Origin: an uncultured Spirochaetota bacterium
GTDB lineage: Bacteria > Spirochaetota > Spirochaetia > SZUA-6 > CAVTHK01
Direction: 5' to 3'
NCBI GenBank assembly: GCA_963734495.1
Contig: CAVTHK010000010.1
Location: 224,001-288,000, forward strand
Length of the DNA: 64,000 bases
This document shows positions 22,197 through 31,293 of this stretch, one piece after another. The position numbers and the translations under genes are program-made. How positions within the stretch are numbered: position 1 is the first letter of the stretch; the number at the start of each line of letters is the position of its first letter. Under the pieces are notes generated by a model. It was not told the DNA's origin. It did no database searches and saw only the letters and a program-made list of their open reading frames with translations.

Positions 22197-23716
22197 GGCG
22201 CCCGCTCCTCGAGGCGCGGCTCCCCGACGCGGCCGGCCGTGGAGCCTCCGAGCGTCTCGATGCGCTGCACCCCGTCGCGGTTGAGGATCGCGAGGTAATG
22301 GTGGAGCGACCGCTTCTCGCCCGAAGACGAGAGCGCAAGCACCAGGTGGACGTGGTAGACCCGCCTGGCCACGACGGTGGCCACGGAATTGCCCCACAGC
22401 AGCCGCAGCCGGCTCGTCGGGTCGTCCATCTCCCGCAGCCAGGGGTCCACCTTCATCCTGAGGATTTCCGTGATCGAGTTGAGATCGCCGTCGCCCTTGC
22501 GCAGCCGGCTCGATCGCAGCTTGACGATCTTGTTGTAGTGGATCACGTCGTCGCGGGGGAGTATCCCGCGGAACGGGTTGCCGTCCGCATACCTCAGCGC
22601 CGCCACGTCCCGCGGACAATCGGCCGGCACGATGGCGCGGACGGTCTCCCGGGTGGTCCCGACGGGGCCTTCGACCGCGCGGTCGGTGAGCCGCCCCGAA
22701 CGGTCGAAGAAGAGCAGGGGGAAAATCCTGTTGAGGCTCCCCTTGAGGATCTCCTTCATCCTGTCCTTGAAGATGTAACCCACGACGATCATGAGCGCCC
22801 AGGGGACGCTGTACATGGCGAAGAACTGCGTGGTGAGGAACGTTGCGAAGACCGCGAAGCTCATCGCCACGGCGGCGGCCACCCCCCCGATGATGTGCCC
22901 GATCCCCCGGGAAGCGGCGATCTGCTCGCTGCTCATGTAGAGCGCGCCCTGCGACCACTTCTTGAGCATGCTCTCGTGATAGATCGCCTTTTCGTTGGCC
23001 GCGGCGTCGCCCGGCCGCACCACCGAAGCATAGCCTGCGTTGCGCCTGTGAGTCGTCTCGTCGCGGATGCGCGCGCGCACGGCATCGAGCAGATCGCGCG
23101 ACGCCCCGGCAGCCCGCAGCGCCTCCCAGACGCGGATGAGCTCGACCTCGGCGTTCAGGCTCACCCATTCGTCGGCCCACTGCGCGCCGACCACCAGCCG
23201 CTCCGATAGACCGATCTCCCTGAACGCGCCGGCGAGGCCGCGCACCTCCTCGAGAAAGCGCGCGAGGTCGGCGAGCACCGGGCGCACCTTGGCGTCGAGA
23301 TCCTCGCCGGCGCCCGCGGCGGCCCGGCGCAGGATCAAGGAGCGCTCCGTCCTCACGGCCGAGCGGAACGAGTTGCCGAGGGTGCGCAGCTCGCGCAGCA
23401 GCTCTTCCTCGTCCACCGGCGTCCCTTCGCGGCCCCGCGCGAGCTCGGCCTTGACTCGCGCCAGGGGCGAGCCCGCGAAGGCCGGATCGGCGAGGCGGTC
23501 GAGAAGGATGCGCGGCGAGGTGTGGCGGATGTGAGAGATGACGTCCTCGATGAAACGGCGAGAGCCGTAGGCGTCGCGGACGCGGAGCTGTGCCGGCAGG
23601 AAGATGTAGAGATCGAACGAGTACTGCGTCCGCTCGTCCGCGGGCACCGGGTACCTGATCTTGAGCTCGAGCTGGTGGGGGCCGTGAGGCGCGACGCGGC
23701 ACCGGTACTTCGCCAT
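22166..23716 (-). CDS. Hypothetical membrane protein (two TM helices)
   Basis: 516-aa ORF with GC3-rich codons; TM pair GHIIGGVAAAVAMSFAVFA / YSVPWALMIVVGYIFKDRMKE. Confidence 0.75.
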   Translation of the reverse strand: MAKYRCRVAPHGPHQLELKIRYPVPADERTQYSFDLYIFLPAQLRVRDAYGSRRFIEDVISHIRHTSPRILLDRLADPAFAGSPLARVKAELARGREGTPVDEEELLRELRTLGNSFRSAVRTERSLILRRAAAGAGEDLDAKVRPVLADLARFLEEVRGLAGAFREIGLSERLVVGAQWADEWVSLNAEVELIRVWEALRAAGASRDLLDAVRARIRDETTHRRNAGYASVVRPGDAAANEKAIYHESMLKKWSQGALYMSSEQIAASRGIGHIIGGVAAAVAMSFAVFATFLTTQFFAMYSVPWALMIVVGYIFKDRMKEILKGSLNRIFPLLFFDRSGRLTDRAVEGPVGTTRETVRAIVPADCPRDVAALRYADGNPFRGILPRDDVIHYNKIVKLRSSRLRKGDGDLNSITEILRMKVDPWLREMDDPTSRLRLLWGNSVATVVARRVYHVHLVLALSSSGEKRSLHHYLAILNRDGVQRIETLGGSTAGRVGEPRLEERAPYESASSSLE

Positions 23717-23831
23717 GACCCTAAAGATACCGTAGGCGCGCCCGGCGCGCACGGGCCACCGTGCCGGCGGCGCCGGCGGCGCCGAGCGGCGCACTGGTGC
23801 GGGCGGCCTTCTTCAGATATAGTGCCTCTCC

Positions 23832-24452
23832 ATGAAGATCATGCTGCTCGGCGCGCCCGGCGTCGGCAAGGGGACCATCGCCAAGAGGATGATGGAAAAG
23901 TACGGCATCCCGCAGTTGAGCACCGGCGACATGCTGCGCGAGGCCGTGCGGAACCGCACCGAGGTCGGCCTGTCCGCCAAGAAGTACATGGATTCCGGAG
24001 CGCTCGTCCCCGACGACGTCGTCATCGGCGTGATCCAGGAGCGCCTGCGCAAGGCCGACGTGAAGAAAGGCTTTATCCTCGACGGCTTCCCGAGGACGAT
24101 TCCGCAGGCCGAGGCGCTCAAGCGCATCACGGCGCTCGACATCGTCCTGCAGCTCATCGCCCCGGACAAGACGATCATCGAGCGACTCTCCGGCCGCCGC
24201 CTCGGGGAGGACGGGACGATCTACCACGTGACCAACTTCCCGCCGCCGGCCGGAGTCAAGGTGATCCAGAGGGCCGACGACAAGGAGGAGGCGATCGTCG
24301 AACGCCTCGCGGTCTACAAGCGGCAGACCGCGCCCCTGATCGACTACTACCGCAAGGCCGGGATCCTGCGCGACGTCGACGCGGACAAGCACCTCACCGT
24401 CGACCAGATCCTTGCCGGCTGCGTCAGGGAGCTCGACGCGCTCGGCAGGTGA
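23832..24452 (+). CDS. adk: Adenylate kinase
   Basis: GAPGVGKGT, STGDMLR, GALVPD, FILDGFPRT, QRADD. Confidence 0.96.
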   Translation: MKIMLLGAPGVGKGTIAKRMMEKYGIPQLSTGDMLREAVRNRTEVGLSAKKYMDSGALVPDDVVIGVIQERLRKADVKKGFILDGFPRTIPQAEALKRITALDIVLQLIAPDKTIIERLSGRRLGEDGTIYHVTNFPPPAGVKVIQRADDKEEAIVERLAVYKRQTAPLIDYYRKAGILRDVDADKHLTVDQILAGCVRELDALGR

Positions 24453-24473
24453 GCCGCGGCGGCGCGGCTTCCG

Positions 24474-25463
24474 CTACGGGATGATGTCGAAGGAGCGGCG
24501 CCACGAGGGGAACCTGCCGCCCGCTTCCTCCTGCACCTCCGAGGGAAAGAACGCCGACACCTCCTCGCGCTCCGCGGCCGTGAGCTGCCACTCGAAGCCC
24601 TTGAGGTTGGCCTCCAGCTGTTCCATCCGGCTGATGCCCACGATCGCGGCGGTGACCGCGGGGTGACTCGTGACCCAGTTGACCGCGACGTCCGCCGCGC
24701 TCGCCCCGCGCGAGGCGGCGTAGGCCACCAGGCGTCGTATCCCCTCGGCGTACTTCGCGCCCCAGCGGCCCACGCGCTCGTCGGTGGCGCCGCGGCTGTC
24801 GGCCGGGGCCCCGGCCATGTACTTGCCGGTGAGCAGACCGACGCAGAGCGGCCTGTAGATGACGATGCCCACGCCGAGCGCCTTCGCGGCAGGCAGGAGC
24901 TCGACCTCCAGTCCGCGCTCGATCAGGTTGTACGGGTACTGAGCGGCGCAGAACGGCACGTAGCCCGCCGCGTCCTGTATCCACAGCGATCGGACGAGGA
25001 GCCAGGCGGGGAAGTTGGAGCATCCGGTGTAGAGCACTTTGCCCGAGCGGACGAGGTCTTCGACCGCCCGCGCCATCTCCTCGAGGTTCATCCGCTCGAA
25101 AGGCCAGTGGATATAGAGAAGGTCGACGCGGTCGGTCCCGAGCCTGCGCAGGCTCGCCTCGACCCCCCGCACGATGTGGTAGCGGGAGATGCCGGAGTCG
25201 TTGGCGCCTTCGCCCACCTTCATGCCGACCTTGCTCGCCAGAACGACGTGATCGCGGAGCCCCTTGAGGCCTTCGCCCGTGATCTCCTCCGCGCGGCCTT
25301 CGTTGTAGACGTCCGCCGTGTCGACAAAGGTCACGCCCGCCTCGACCGCCTTGCGGATGATGCGCAGGCTCTCCTCGCGGGAAGCCTTGCCGCCGAACAT
25401 CATGGTGCCGAGACAGAACTCCGAGACGGCGAGGTTGGTCCCGCCGAGCCGTGTCATGCGCAT
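24474..25463 (-). CDS. Aldo/keto reductase
   Basis: LGTMMFG, DTADVY, LASKV, SLRRLGTDRVDLLYIH, GCSNF; own TTGACA-N18-TAGGTT promoter and GAGGAG RBS. Confidence 0.93.
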   Translation of the reverse strand: MRMTRLGGTNLAVSEFCLGTMMFGGKASREESLRIIRKAVEAGVTFVDTADVYNEGRAEEITGEGLKGLRDHVVLASKVGMKVGEGANDSGISRYHIVRGVEASLRRLGTDRVDLLYIHWPFERMNLEEMARAVEDLVRSGKVLYTGCSNFPAWLLVRSLWIQDAAGYVPFCAAQYPYNLIERGLEVELLPAAKALGVGIVIYRPLCVGLLTGKYMAGAPADSRGATDERVGRWGAKYAEGIRRLVAYAASRGASAADVAVNWVTSHPAVTAAIVGISRMEQLEANLKGFEWQLTAAEREEVSAFFPSEVQEEAGGRFPSWRRSFDIIP

Positions 25464-25514
25464 GGGGTCTCCTCTTGCGGCCAACCTAAGGGCGGCCGCG
25501 CAACGATGTCAAGG

Positions 25515-26291
25515 TCACCCGGCCGGCGCCGGGTTGCGCTCGCCGATCAGCCGCAGGCCGTCCAGCGTGAGCCACGGGTCGACCTCGTCGAAGACCGACG
25601 TGAGCGGCGGGATCACGAGCGACTGGCCTCCCGTGGCCACGACCTTCGTGCCCGACCCGAGCTCCTCCCGCATCCGCCTCACCAGGCTCTCGACGAGGCC
25701 GACGTAACCGAGCACCACGCCCGCCTGGATCGAGTGGATCGTGTTGCGGCCTATCGCCGAGGGCGGAGCCGCCAGGGGAACGAGCGGGAGCTGCGCCGTG
25801 TTGTCGGTGAGCGCGCGCAGCGCGTGCGTCAGCCCCGGCGCGATCGCCACACCGACGAGGTCGCCCCCTGCCGACACGGCGGTAAAGCTCAGCGCGGTCC
25901 CGAAGTCCACGGCGACGCAGGCCGAAGCGAACCGGTCGAAGGCCGCGACCGCGTTGGCCACCAGGTCGGCGCCGACCTCGGCGGGGTTGTCGGTCCGGAT
26001 GCGGATGCCGGTGCGTATTCCCGGAGCCACGACGAGAGGCGGCGTGCCCGCGCGCTCGTTCAGCATCGCGCCCATGTGCTCCGTGACGGGAGGCACGACG
26101 CTCGCGAGCACGGCACGGGTGATGTCTTTGAGATCCAGGCCGACCTGGGAGAGCAGGCTGGCGAAGAGCACCGCGTACTCGTCCGGCGTCCGGTCGGGAA
26201 CCGTGCTCAGCCGCCAGTGCGCGATCCATCGGGCGCCGTCGTGGACGCCGAACCGGCTGTTCGAGTTGCCGATGTTGATCGCGAGGAGCAT
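25515..26291 (-). CDS. coaX: Type III pantothenate kinase (variant motifs)
   Basis: MLLAINIGNSN, RTPDEY, ASVVP, EVGADL, VDFGTA, IGRNT..SIQAG, VATGG, LTLDGL. Confidence 0.9.
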   Translation of the reverse strand: MLLAINIGNSNSRFGVHDGARWIAHWRLSTVPDRTPDEYAVLFASLLSQVGLDLKDITRAVLASVVPPVTEHMGAMLNERAGTPPLVVAPGIRTGIRIRTDNPAEVGADLVANAVAAFDRFASACVAVDFGTALSFTAVSAGGDLVGVAIAPGLTHALRALTDNTAQLPLVPLAAPPSAIGRNTIHSIQAGVVLGYVGLVESLVRRMREELGSGTKVVATGGQSLVIPPLTSVFDEVDPWLTLDGLRLIGERNPAPAG

Positions 26292-26294
26292 CGA

Positions 26295-26852
26295 CTACTC
26301 CAACCGGGAGCCGCGGCGGCCGTACTCGAGGCCCTGCCAGGCGGCGACTACGGCGACCGTCAGGAGGGCGGCCACGACCGCTTCGGGCAGCCCGTTGGCG
26401 ACGGCAATGGTTCCCACCGCGGCCCAGGGCAGGTAGGCGTAGAGCCCGAGAACGCCGAGCACGAGGACCGTGTTCGTGAGGCTCCCGCCGACACCCGAGG
26501 CCACCAGGCCGAGGACCTTGGTCCTGGCCAGCGCGCGGTACACGAGCCACGCGATGGGGCCGATCGCCAGCCGGGGCAGCACGGAGATGATGGGATTGGT
26601 GAACCACGCGTCGGCCGGCCCGTTGGGAGCCACCGCGGCCTGGATCAGGCTCGCGACGCCGAACAGCAGCCCCACCGCCAGCCCCGCGCCGGGTCCGGCC
26701 AGGACGGCCGCGATGATGACGGGCACGTGCATGATCGTGATCGAGGCGCCCGCGAACCACGGGATGAACCCGAGCCGCGTCACGCCGAGAAAGATCGAGA
26801 TCGCCGCCATCACCCCGGCGATGACGATTCGTCTGACCACCGAGCTTTCCAT
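26295..26852 (-). CDS. ECF transporter S component, PanT-like
   Basis: Six hydrophobic segments with LGFIP, TIMHVPVII, NPIISVLPR, GSLTNTVLVL, NGLPEA; adjacent to coaX. Confidence 0.85.
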   Translation of the reverse strand: MESSVVRRIVIAGVMAAISIFLGVTRLGFIPWFAGASITIMHVPVIIAAVLAGPGAGLAVGLLFGVASLIQAAVAPNGPADAWFTNPIISVLPRLAIGPIAWLVYRALARTKVLGLVASGVGGSLTNTVLVLGVLGLYAYLPWAAVGTIAVANGLPEAVVAALLTVAVVAAWQGLEYGRRGSRLE

Positions 26853-26865
26853 CGATACCCTCCTG

Positions 26866-27726
26866 TCACTGTGCTATGAGCGCCTCGAGGCGCGGATCGA
26901 GCCCTATCGAGAGAACCGCGAGCGCGGTCCAGGCAGCCGCGATCGCGAGCGCGACGGCGTCGGCCGGGCGGAAGCGGTGCCGCACGAGACGCGTCCGCCC
27001 GCCCCCGCCGGACCAGGCGCGCGCCTCCATCGCCATCGCAAGCATCTCCGCCCGCCTGAGAGCCGCGAGAAACAGCGGCACGAGCAGCGGCAGCAGCAGC
27101 CGGACCCTGCGAAAGAGGCCGCCTCGCCCGCGGCCCAGGTTCGCGCCCCGGGAGACCTGCGCCTTGGCGATGTGCTCGGCTTCCATCGCGAGGATCGGGA
27201 GAAAGCGCAGGGCCACCGTCAGCGTGAGCGCGAGCTCCGCCCCGGGGAGGCCGATGCGGCTGAGCGGGGCCAGCAGCCCCTCCGTGCCCTGGACCAGCTC
27301 GCGCGTCCCGGTGACGAGCGTCATCAGGCTCACGAGCACGATCAGCGAGCCGAAGCGCAGCAGCATGGCCGCGGCCGCGTGCAGGCCGCCCGTCGTCACC
27401 AGGAGGACGCCCAGCCGCAGGAGCACGGCGCCCGTGTCGTTGCGGGGGATCGCCAGGATCTGCAGCAGGGCGATCACGAGCATCATGGGGACGGCGGCGC
27501 GCACGCCCTTCAGCGCGTAGCGCAGAGGTACGCGGGCCGCTGCGGTGAGCCCCGCGAGCAGCGCTGCCGACACGCCGAGCGTGACGACGCTGTCGGCGGC
27601 GACGAGGCCGGCGAGCACGATCGCCGAGGAGGCGAGCTTGACCCCGGGATGGAGCGCGTGGATGCGGGAGCCCGTGGGAAGGTATTGGCCGATCGTGACC
27701 GAGCCCAGCAGCTCGAAGTCGCTCAT
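26866..27726 (-). CDS. ecfT: ECF transporter T component
   Basis: GQYLPTGSRIHALHP, ALRFLPIL, AQVSRG, AMEARA. Confidence 0.9.
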   Translation of the reverse strand: MSDFELLGSVTIGQYLPTGSRIHALHPGVKLASSAIVLAGLVAADSVVTLGVSAALLAGLTAAARVPLRYALKGVRAAVPMMLVIALLQILAIPRNDTGAVLLRLGVLLVTTGGLHAAAAMLLRFGSLIVLVSLMTLVTGTRELVQGTEGLLAPLSRIGLPGAELALTLTVALRFLPILAMEAEHIAKAQVSRGANLGRGRGGLFRRVRLLLPLLVPLFLAALRRAEMLAMAMEARAWSGGGGRTRLVRHRFRPADAVALAIAAAWTALAVLSIGLDPRLEALIAQ

Positions 27727-29483
27727 GACCGGCCTCCGCTCCCTCCGCTTCCGTCGCGGAGGACTGCAGCGAGCGCCGCGAGCAGGTCGGTCCACCGGCC
27801 GCTCCGCGCCGCCGGGAGCTCCAGCCCCTGCTCGCGGAGCTCATCGACGAACGCGAGCGTCCTCGGGACCGCGAGCCCCCACGACGCCAGGCGGTCGCGC
27901 TCGCCGAACACGCGCGCCGCGTCGCCCGAGAGCACAGAGCGGCCGTGGTCGAGCACGAGCAGCCGGTCGCCGAGCTCCGTGGCCTCCTCCATGCCGTGGG
28001 TCGCGAGCACGAGGCGGGTGCCGGCGGCGCGCAGGTCCGCCAGCAGGCCGAGGATGCGCCGGCGGCCCATGGGATCCAGGCCGGAGGTCGGCTCGTCGAG
28101 GGCAAGGAGCGCCGGCCGCAGCGCCAGCACGCCGGCGAGGCCGACACGCCGCCGCTCGCCGCCGCTCAAGGCGTGCACCGGGCGGTCCTTGAACGCCTCG
28201 AAATCGAGACCGACTCGCTCCATGGCCCAGCGGACGCGCTCGCGGAGCTCCGGGCCCTTGAGCCCCGCCTGCCGCGGACCGAAGGCGACTTCGTCGCCCG
28301 TGTAGCGCTCGAAGATCTGCTGCTCCGGCCGCTGAAAGACGAGCCCCACCTTTCTGCGCAGGGCTGTCAGGTCGGCACGCGGCGAGGCGGTGTCTTCTCC
28401 GAGGACGCGCACGGAGCCCGCATGCGGTCTGAGCAGCCCGTTGAGGTGCTGGAGGACCGTCGACTTGCCCGAGCCGGTGGCGCCGATGAGCGCGCCGCTG
28501 CCGTCGCCGCCGAGCGTGAAGTCGACGCCCGAGAGCGCCGTGTGCTCGAGCGGCGTGCCGCGCAGGTAGATGTAACGGAGCCCGCGGATGTCAACCGTGT
28601 CACCGCCGTCCTCGGGCGCACCAGGCGGCCGCGCGTCCCGATCGGCTCCTGGGCGACGCGCGCAAGCGGCCACCGCCTGCGCCAGCCCGGCGCCATCGGC
28701 GGCGGGGCCGAGCCGCGGGCACAGCTCCCGCAGCGCGTCCGCCAGGCGCGCGCGAAAGGTCTGCTCCAGGCCCCAGCGCTCCAGGCCGCGGCTGCCCAGC
28801 ACGCGCTGCGGCGGGCCTTCGTCCACCAGCCGGCCTCCGGACAGGACCACGACGCGGCGCGCGCGGGCCGCCTCCTCCATCCGGTGGGTCACAGTGACGA
28901 CAGCCATGCCTTCGCGGTTGAGCGCATCGAGGAGGTCCAGGAGCGCGGCGGACCCTGCGGGGTCCAGCATGGAAGTGGCCTCGTCGAGCAGCAGGCAGCG
29001 CGGGCTCATGGCCAGGGCGCCCGCGATCGCCAGGCGCTGCTGCTCACCGGCGGAGAGCAGGTGCGGCGGGCGAAGCCGCTCCTGCCACAGGCCGACGCGC
29101 TCGAGCGACCGCTGCACGAGGCCTGGCAGCTCCGCGCTCGGGACGCCGAGGTTCTCCGGCCCGAAGGCGACGTCGTCCTCCGCGACCGTGGCCACGATCT
29201 GGTCGAGGGGCGACTGGAAGATCATCGCGACCCGGCGCCTGATCTCGCGGGCGTGGTCCGGGCGCGCGGTGTCCAGGCCGTCCACGAGGACGCGGCCGGA
29301 AGACGGGCGAAGGAGCGCGTTCAGGTGAAGCGCGAGGGTCGTCTTGCCCGAGCCGTTGGCGCCGACGATCGCGACGTAGTCGCCCTCGGCGACGGACAGA
29401 GTAACGCGTTCGAGCGCGCGCACCGGTGCGGCGCCGCGCTCCTCGTAGGTGTGGCTGACGTTTTCCGCGCTGATCAGAGCCAC
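27723..29483 (-). CDS. Fused dual ECF ATPase (EcfA-EcfA')
   Basis: Two ABC cassettes: GANGSGKT/LSAGEQQR/LDEAT and GATGSGKS/LSGGERRR/LDEPT; VAFGP motifs; GGGGAGG+GTG. Confidence 0.9.
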   Translation of the reverse strand: MALISAENVSHTYEERGAAPVRALERVTLSVAEGDYVAIVGANGSGKTTLALHLNALLRPSSGRVLVDGLDTARPDHAREIRRRVAMIFQSPLDQIVATVAEDDVAFGPENLGVPSAELPGLVQRSLERVGLWQERLRPPHLLSAGEQQRLAIAGALAMSPRCLLLDEATSMLDPAGSAALLDLLDALNREGMAVVTVTHRMEEAARARRVVVLSGGRLVDEGPPQRVLGSRGLERWGLEQTFRARLADALRELCPRLGPAADGAGLAQAVAACARRPGADRDARPPGAPEDGGDTVDIRGLRYIYLRGTPLEHTALSGVDFTLGGDGSGALIGATGSGKSTVLQHLNGLLRPHAGSVRVLGEDTASPRADLTALRRKVGLVFQRPEQQIFERYTGDEVAFGPRQAGLKGPELRERVRWAMERVGLDFEAFKDRPVHALSGGERRRVGLAGVLALRPALLALDEPTSGLDPMGRRRILGLLADLRAAGTRLVLATHGMEEATELGDRLLVLDHGRSVLSGDAARVFGERDRLASWGLAVPRTLAFVDELREQGLELPAARSGRWTDLLAALAAVLRDGSGGSGGRS

Positions 29484-29614
29484 CGCGCCTCCCCGGTCGG
29501 CCGGGGGAGCGAGGCGGCCGCGCTCGCATGCGGATCCTGTTCCGCTGCGCCGCGCAGGCTCTCGGCTTTTTTCACTGCTCCCCGACGTCTCGGTCGCGCT
29601 CGATCCAAGCGTCG
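29484..29614 (-). ncRNA. Candidate cis-regulatory leader RNA (pan-motif-like)
   Basis: Bulged hairpins GACGCUUGGAUCG-AGCG-CGACCGAGACGUC and CCUGCGC-GGCGCA-GCGGAACAGG plus an SD-sequestering hairpin, in the 5' UTR of a pantothenate operon. Confidence 0.55.
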
Positions 29615-29619
29615 CTCCA

Positions 29620-29648
29620 ACAATAGCCGTCGAGCGTCCCGCGGTCAA
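29620..29648 (-). promoter_or_regulatory. Sigma70 promoter of ECF-coaX operon
   Basis: TTGACC-N17-TATTGT on the minus strand. Confidence 0.65.
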
Positions 29649-29761
29649 CCGGGCCCGGCCGGGCGCGCGGCCCGACGCGCGCGACTCGACTTGTCAGGGC
29701 CGCCGTTTCGCTCTATCGTGCGGGACACCGGCAGGACCGGCGGCCGGGAAAGGGGTCGACG

Positions 29762-30289
29762 ATGAAGCTCTACTTCACCTACAACCAGATCCACGAGAGC
29801 GTGCGCCGGTTGGCGGAGCGCATCAAGGCGTCCGGTTTCGTTCCCGACATGATGGTGGCGATCGGGAGCGGCGGCTTCATCCCCGCGCGGATCCTCAAGA
29901 CTTACCTGGACGTTCCGATCCTCACGGTCGGAATTTCCTACTACGGCATCGACAACATCCCCACGGAAAAGCCTCAGACGATCCAGTGGATCGACGAGGT
30001 CGAAGCGAAGCTCGCCGGCAAGCGGCTCCTTCTCGTCGACGAGGTCGACGACACGCGGGTGACTCTCGAGTACACGCTCCACGAGCTCTACAGGCACCGG
30101 CCCAGGGAGATCGCGGTCATGGTCCTGCACGACAAGAAGAAGCCCAAACGCGGCGCGTTCCCGCCCTGGGTGCGCCACGTCTTCGCGGGCGAGGCGCTGG
30201 AGGACCTGTGGATCGTCTACCCCTGGGACGCGACGGACATCACGGAGCACGACCGGCTCGCAGCCGGCGCCGCGGTGCCGGCGTCCTGA
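29762..30289 (+). CDS. Purine phosphoribosyltransferase (yeast Hpt1/Xpt1-like)
   Basis: AIGSGGFIPARIL, PRPP loop LLVDEVDDTRVTL, VLHDKKKPK, WIVYPWD. Confidence 0.88.
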   Translation: MKLYFTYNQIHESVRRLAERIKASGFVPDMMVAIGSGGFIPARILKTYLDVPILTVGISYYGIDNIPTEKPQTIQWIDEVEAKLAGKRLLLVDEVDDTRVTLEYTLHELYRHRPREIAVMVLHDKKKPKRGAFPPWVRHVFAGEALEDLWIVYPWDATDITEHDRLAAGAAVPAS

Positions 30290-30389
30290 ATCGCGCGGAG
30301 CCGGCCGCACGAGGTGCCCGGCGTCTGCGCCGGCACCGCCTCCGCGCTATCTCGATTCCCGCCTCTGGCCGCGGCGGACCGCGGCCGGG

Positions 30390-31211
30390 CTAGCGAGCCG
30401 GCTTGCGACCCCAGGCCTGAACGACCATGAACGAGATCAGAAAGATGTCGGGATCGCGCGCGATGCGCTCGCATTCCGCGACCGTCTGATCGAACTCTTC
30501 GTCCGAGATCATGCCCCACTCCCTGGTTCGCGCCCGGCTCGCGGTCACGGACTCGATCGGCCAGCGCCGGAAGGGGTGCCCGCCGGGCAGTGCCAGGGCG
30601 GCCGCGCGCGACTGGACGTCTTGCAGGCCCGCGTTCCGCAGCAGCCCGTACATTCTGCGTCCGGCGTTCACGTCTCCGCCCGCGCGATCGAATGCCGCCG
30701 CGGTCAGTGCCTTCAGCCGGTCCCACGCGGGCTGAGGAGGGTAGCAGATGTAGCTGCTCTCGTCCGCTTCCTGCGTCACGAGCACTCCGCCGGGGCGCGT
30801 CAGCGCGAGCAGAGACTGCAGGAGGCCCCTGTCGTGACCCAGGGGCGTGAACATGAAACGCACGTGAACGAGGTCGAACGATTCGCGCGGCAGGGAGGGG
30901 TTCAGCGCATCCGCCTCGACGAGCTCGACGTTGGCCAGGCCTTCTCTCTCTGCATGCTCGCGCGCCGCAGCCAGCTGCGTCTTGTTGATATCCGCGCCGA
31001 TCACACGTCCCGTCGGCCCGGTCCTGCGGCTGAGGGCGCGCAGAATGCCCATCGGGCCGCAGCCGAGATCCAGGCAGCGCCAGCCGGGGCGGACCCCGAT
31101 CCGGTCCAGCATGGCCTCCGCTTCCGGCTCCCAGGTGCGGCCCCACGACTGCAGGCGCCCGACCTCGTTCGGCGCGCGGCCAAGCACATAAGCGTCCTCG
31201 CGTTCCGACAC
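30390..31211 (-). CDS. Class I SAM-dependent methyltransferase
   Basis: YVLG..E..RL, LDLGCGPMG, IGADIN, FDLVHVRF, TRPGG. Confidence 0.88.
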   Translation of the reverse strand: MSEREDAYVLGRAPNEVGRLQSWGRTWEPEAEAMLDRIGVRPGWRCLDLGCGPMGILRALSRRTGPTGRVIGADINKTQLAAAREHAEREGLANVELVEADALNPSLPRESFDLVHVRFMFTPLGHDRGLLQSLLALTRPGGVLVTQEADESSYICYPPQPAWDRLKALTAAAFDRAGGDVNAGRRMYGLLRNAGLQDVQSRAAALALPGGHPFRRWPIESVTASRARTREWGMISDEEFDQTVAECERIARDPDIFLISFMVVQAWGRKPAR

Positions 31212-31293
31212 GATCCCCTTCTCTGTGCGGCGCGTTCCCACTGCCGTGCTAATGTATTGCCGCGGCTCATCCCGGGCAATTGCGGCGCCGCCG

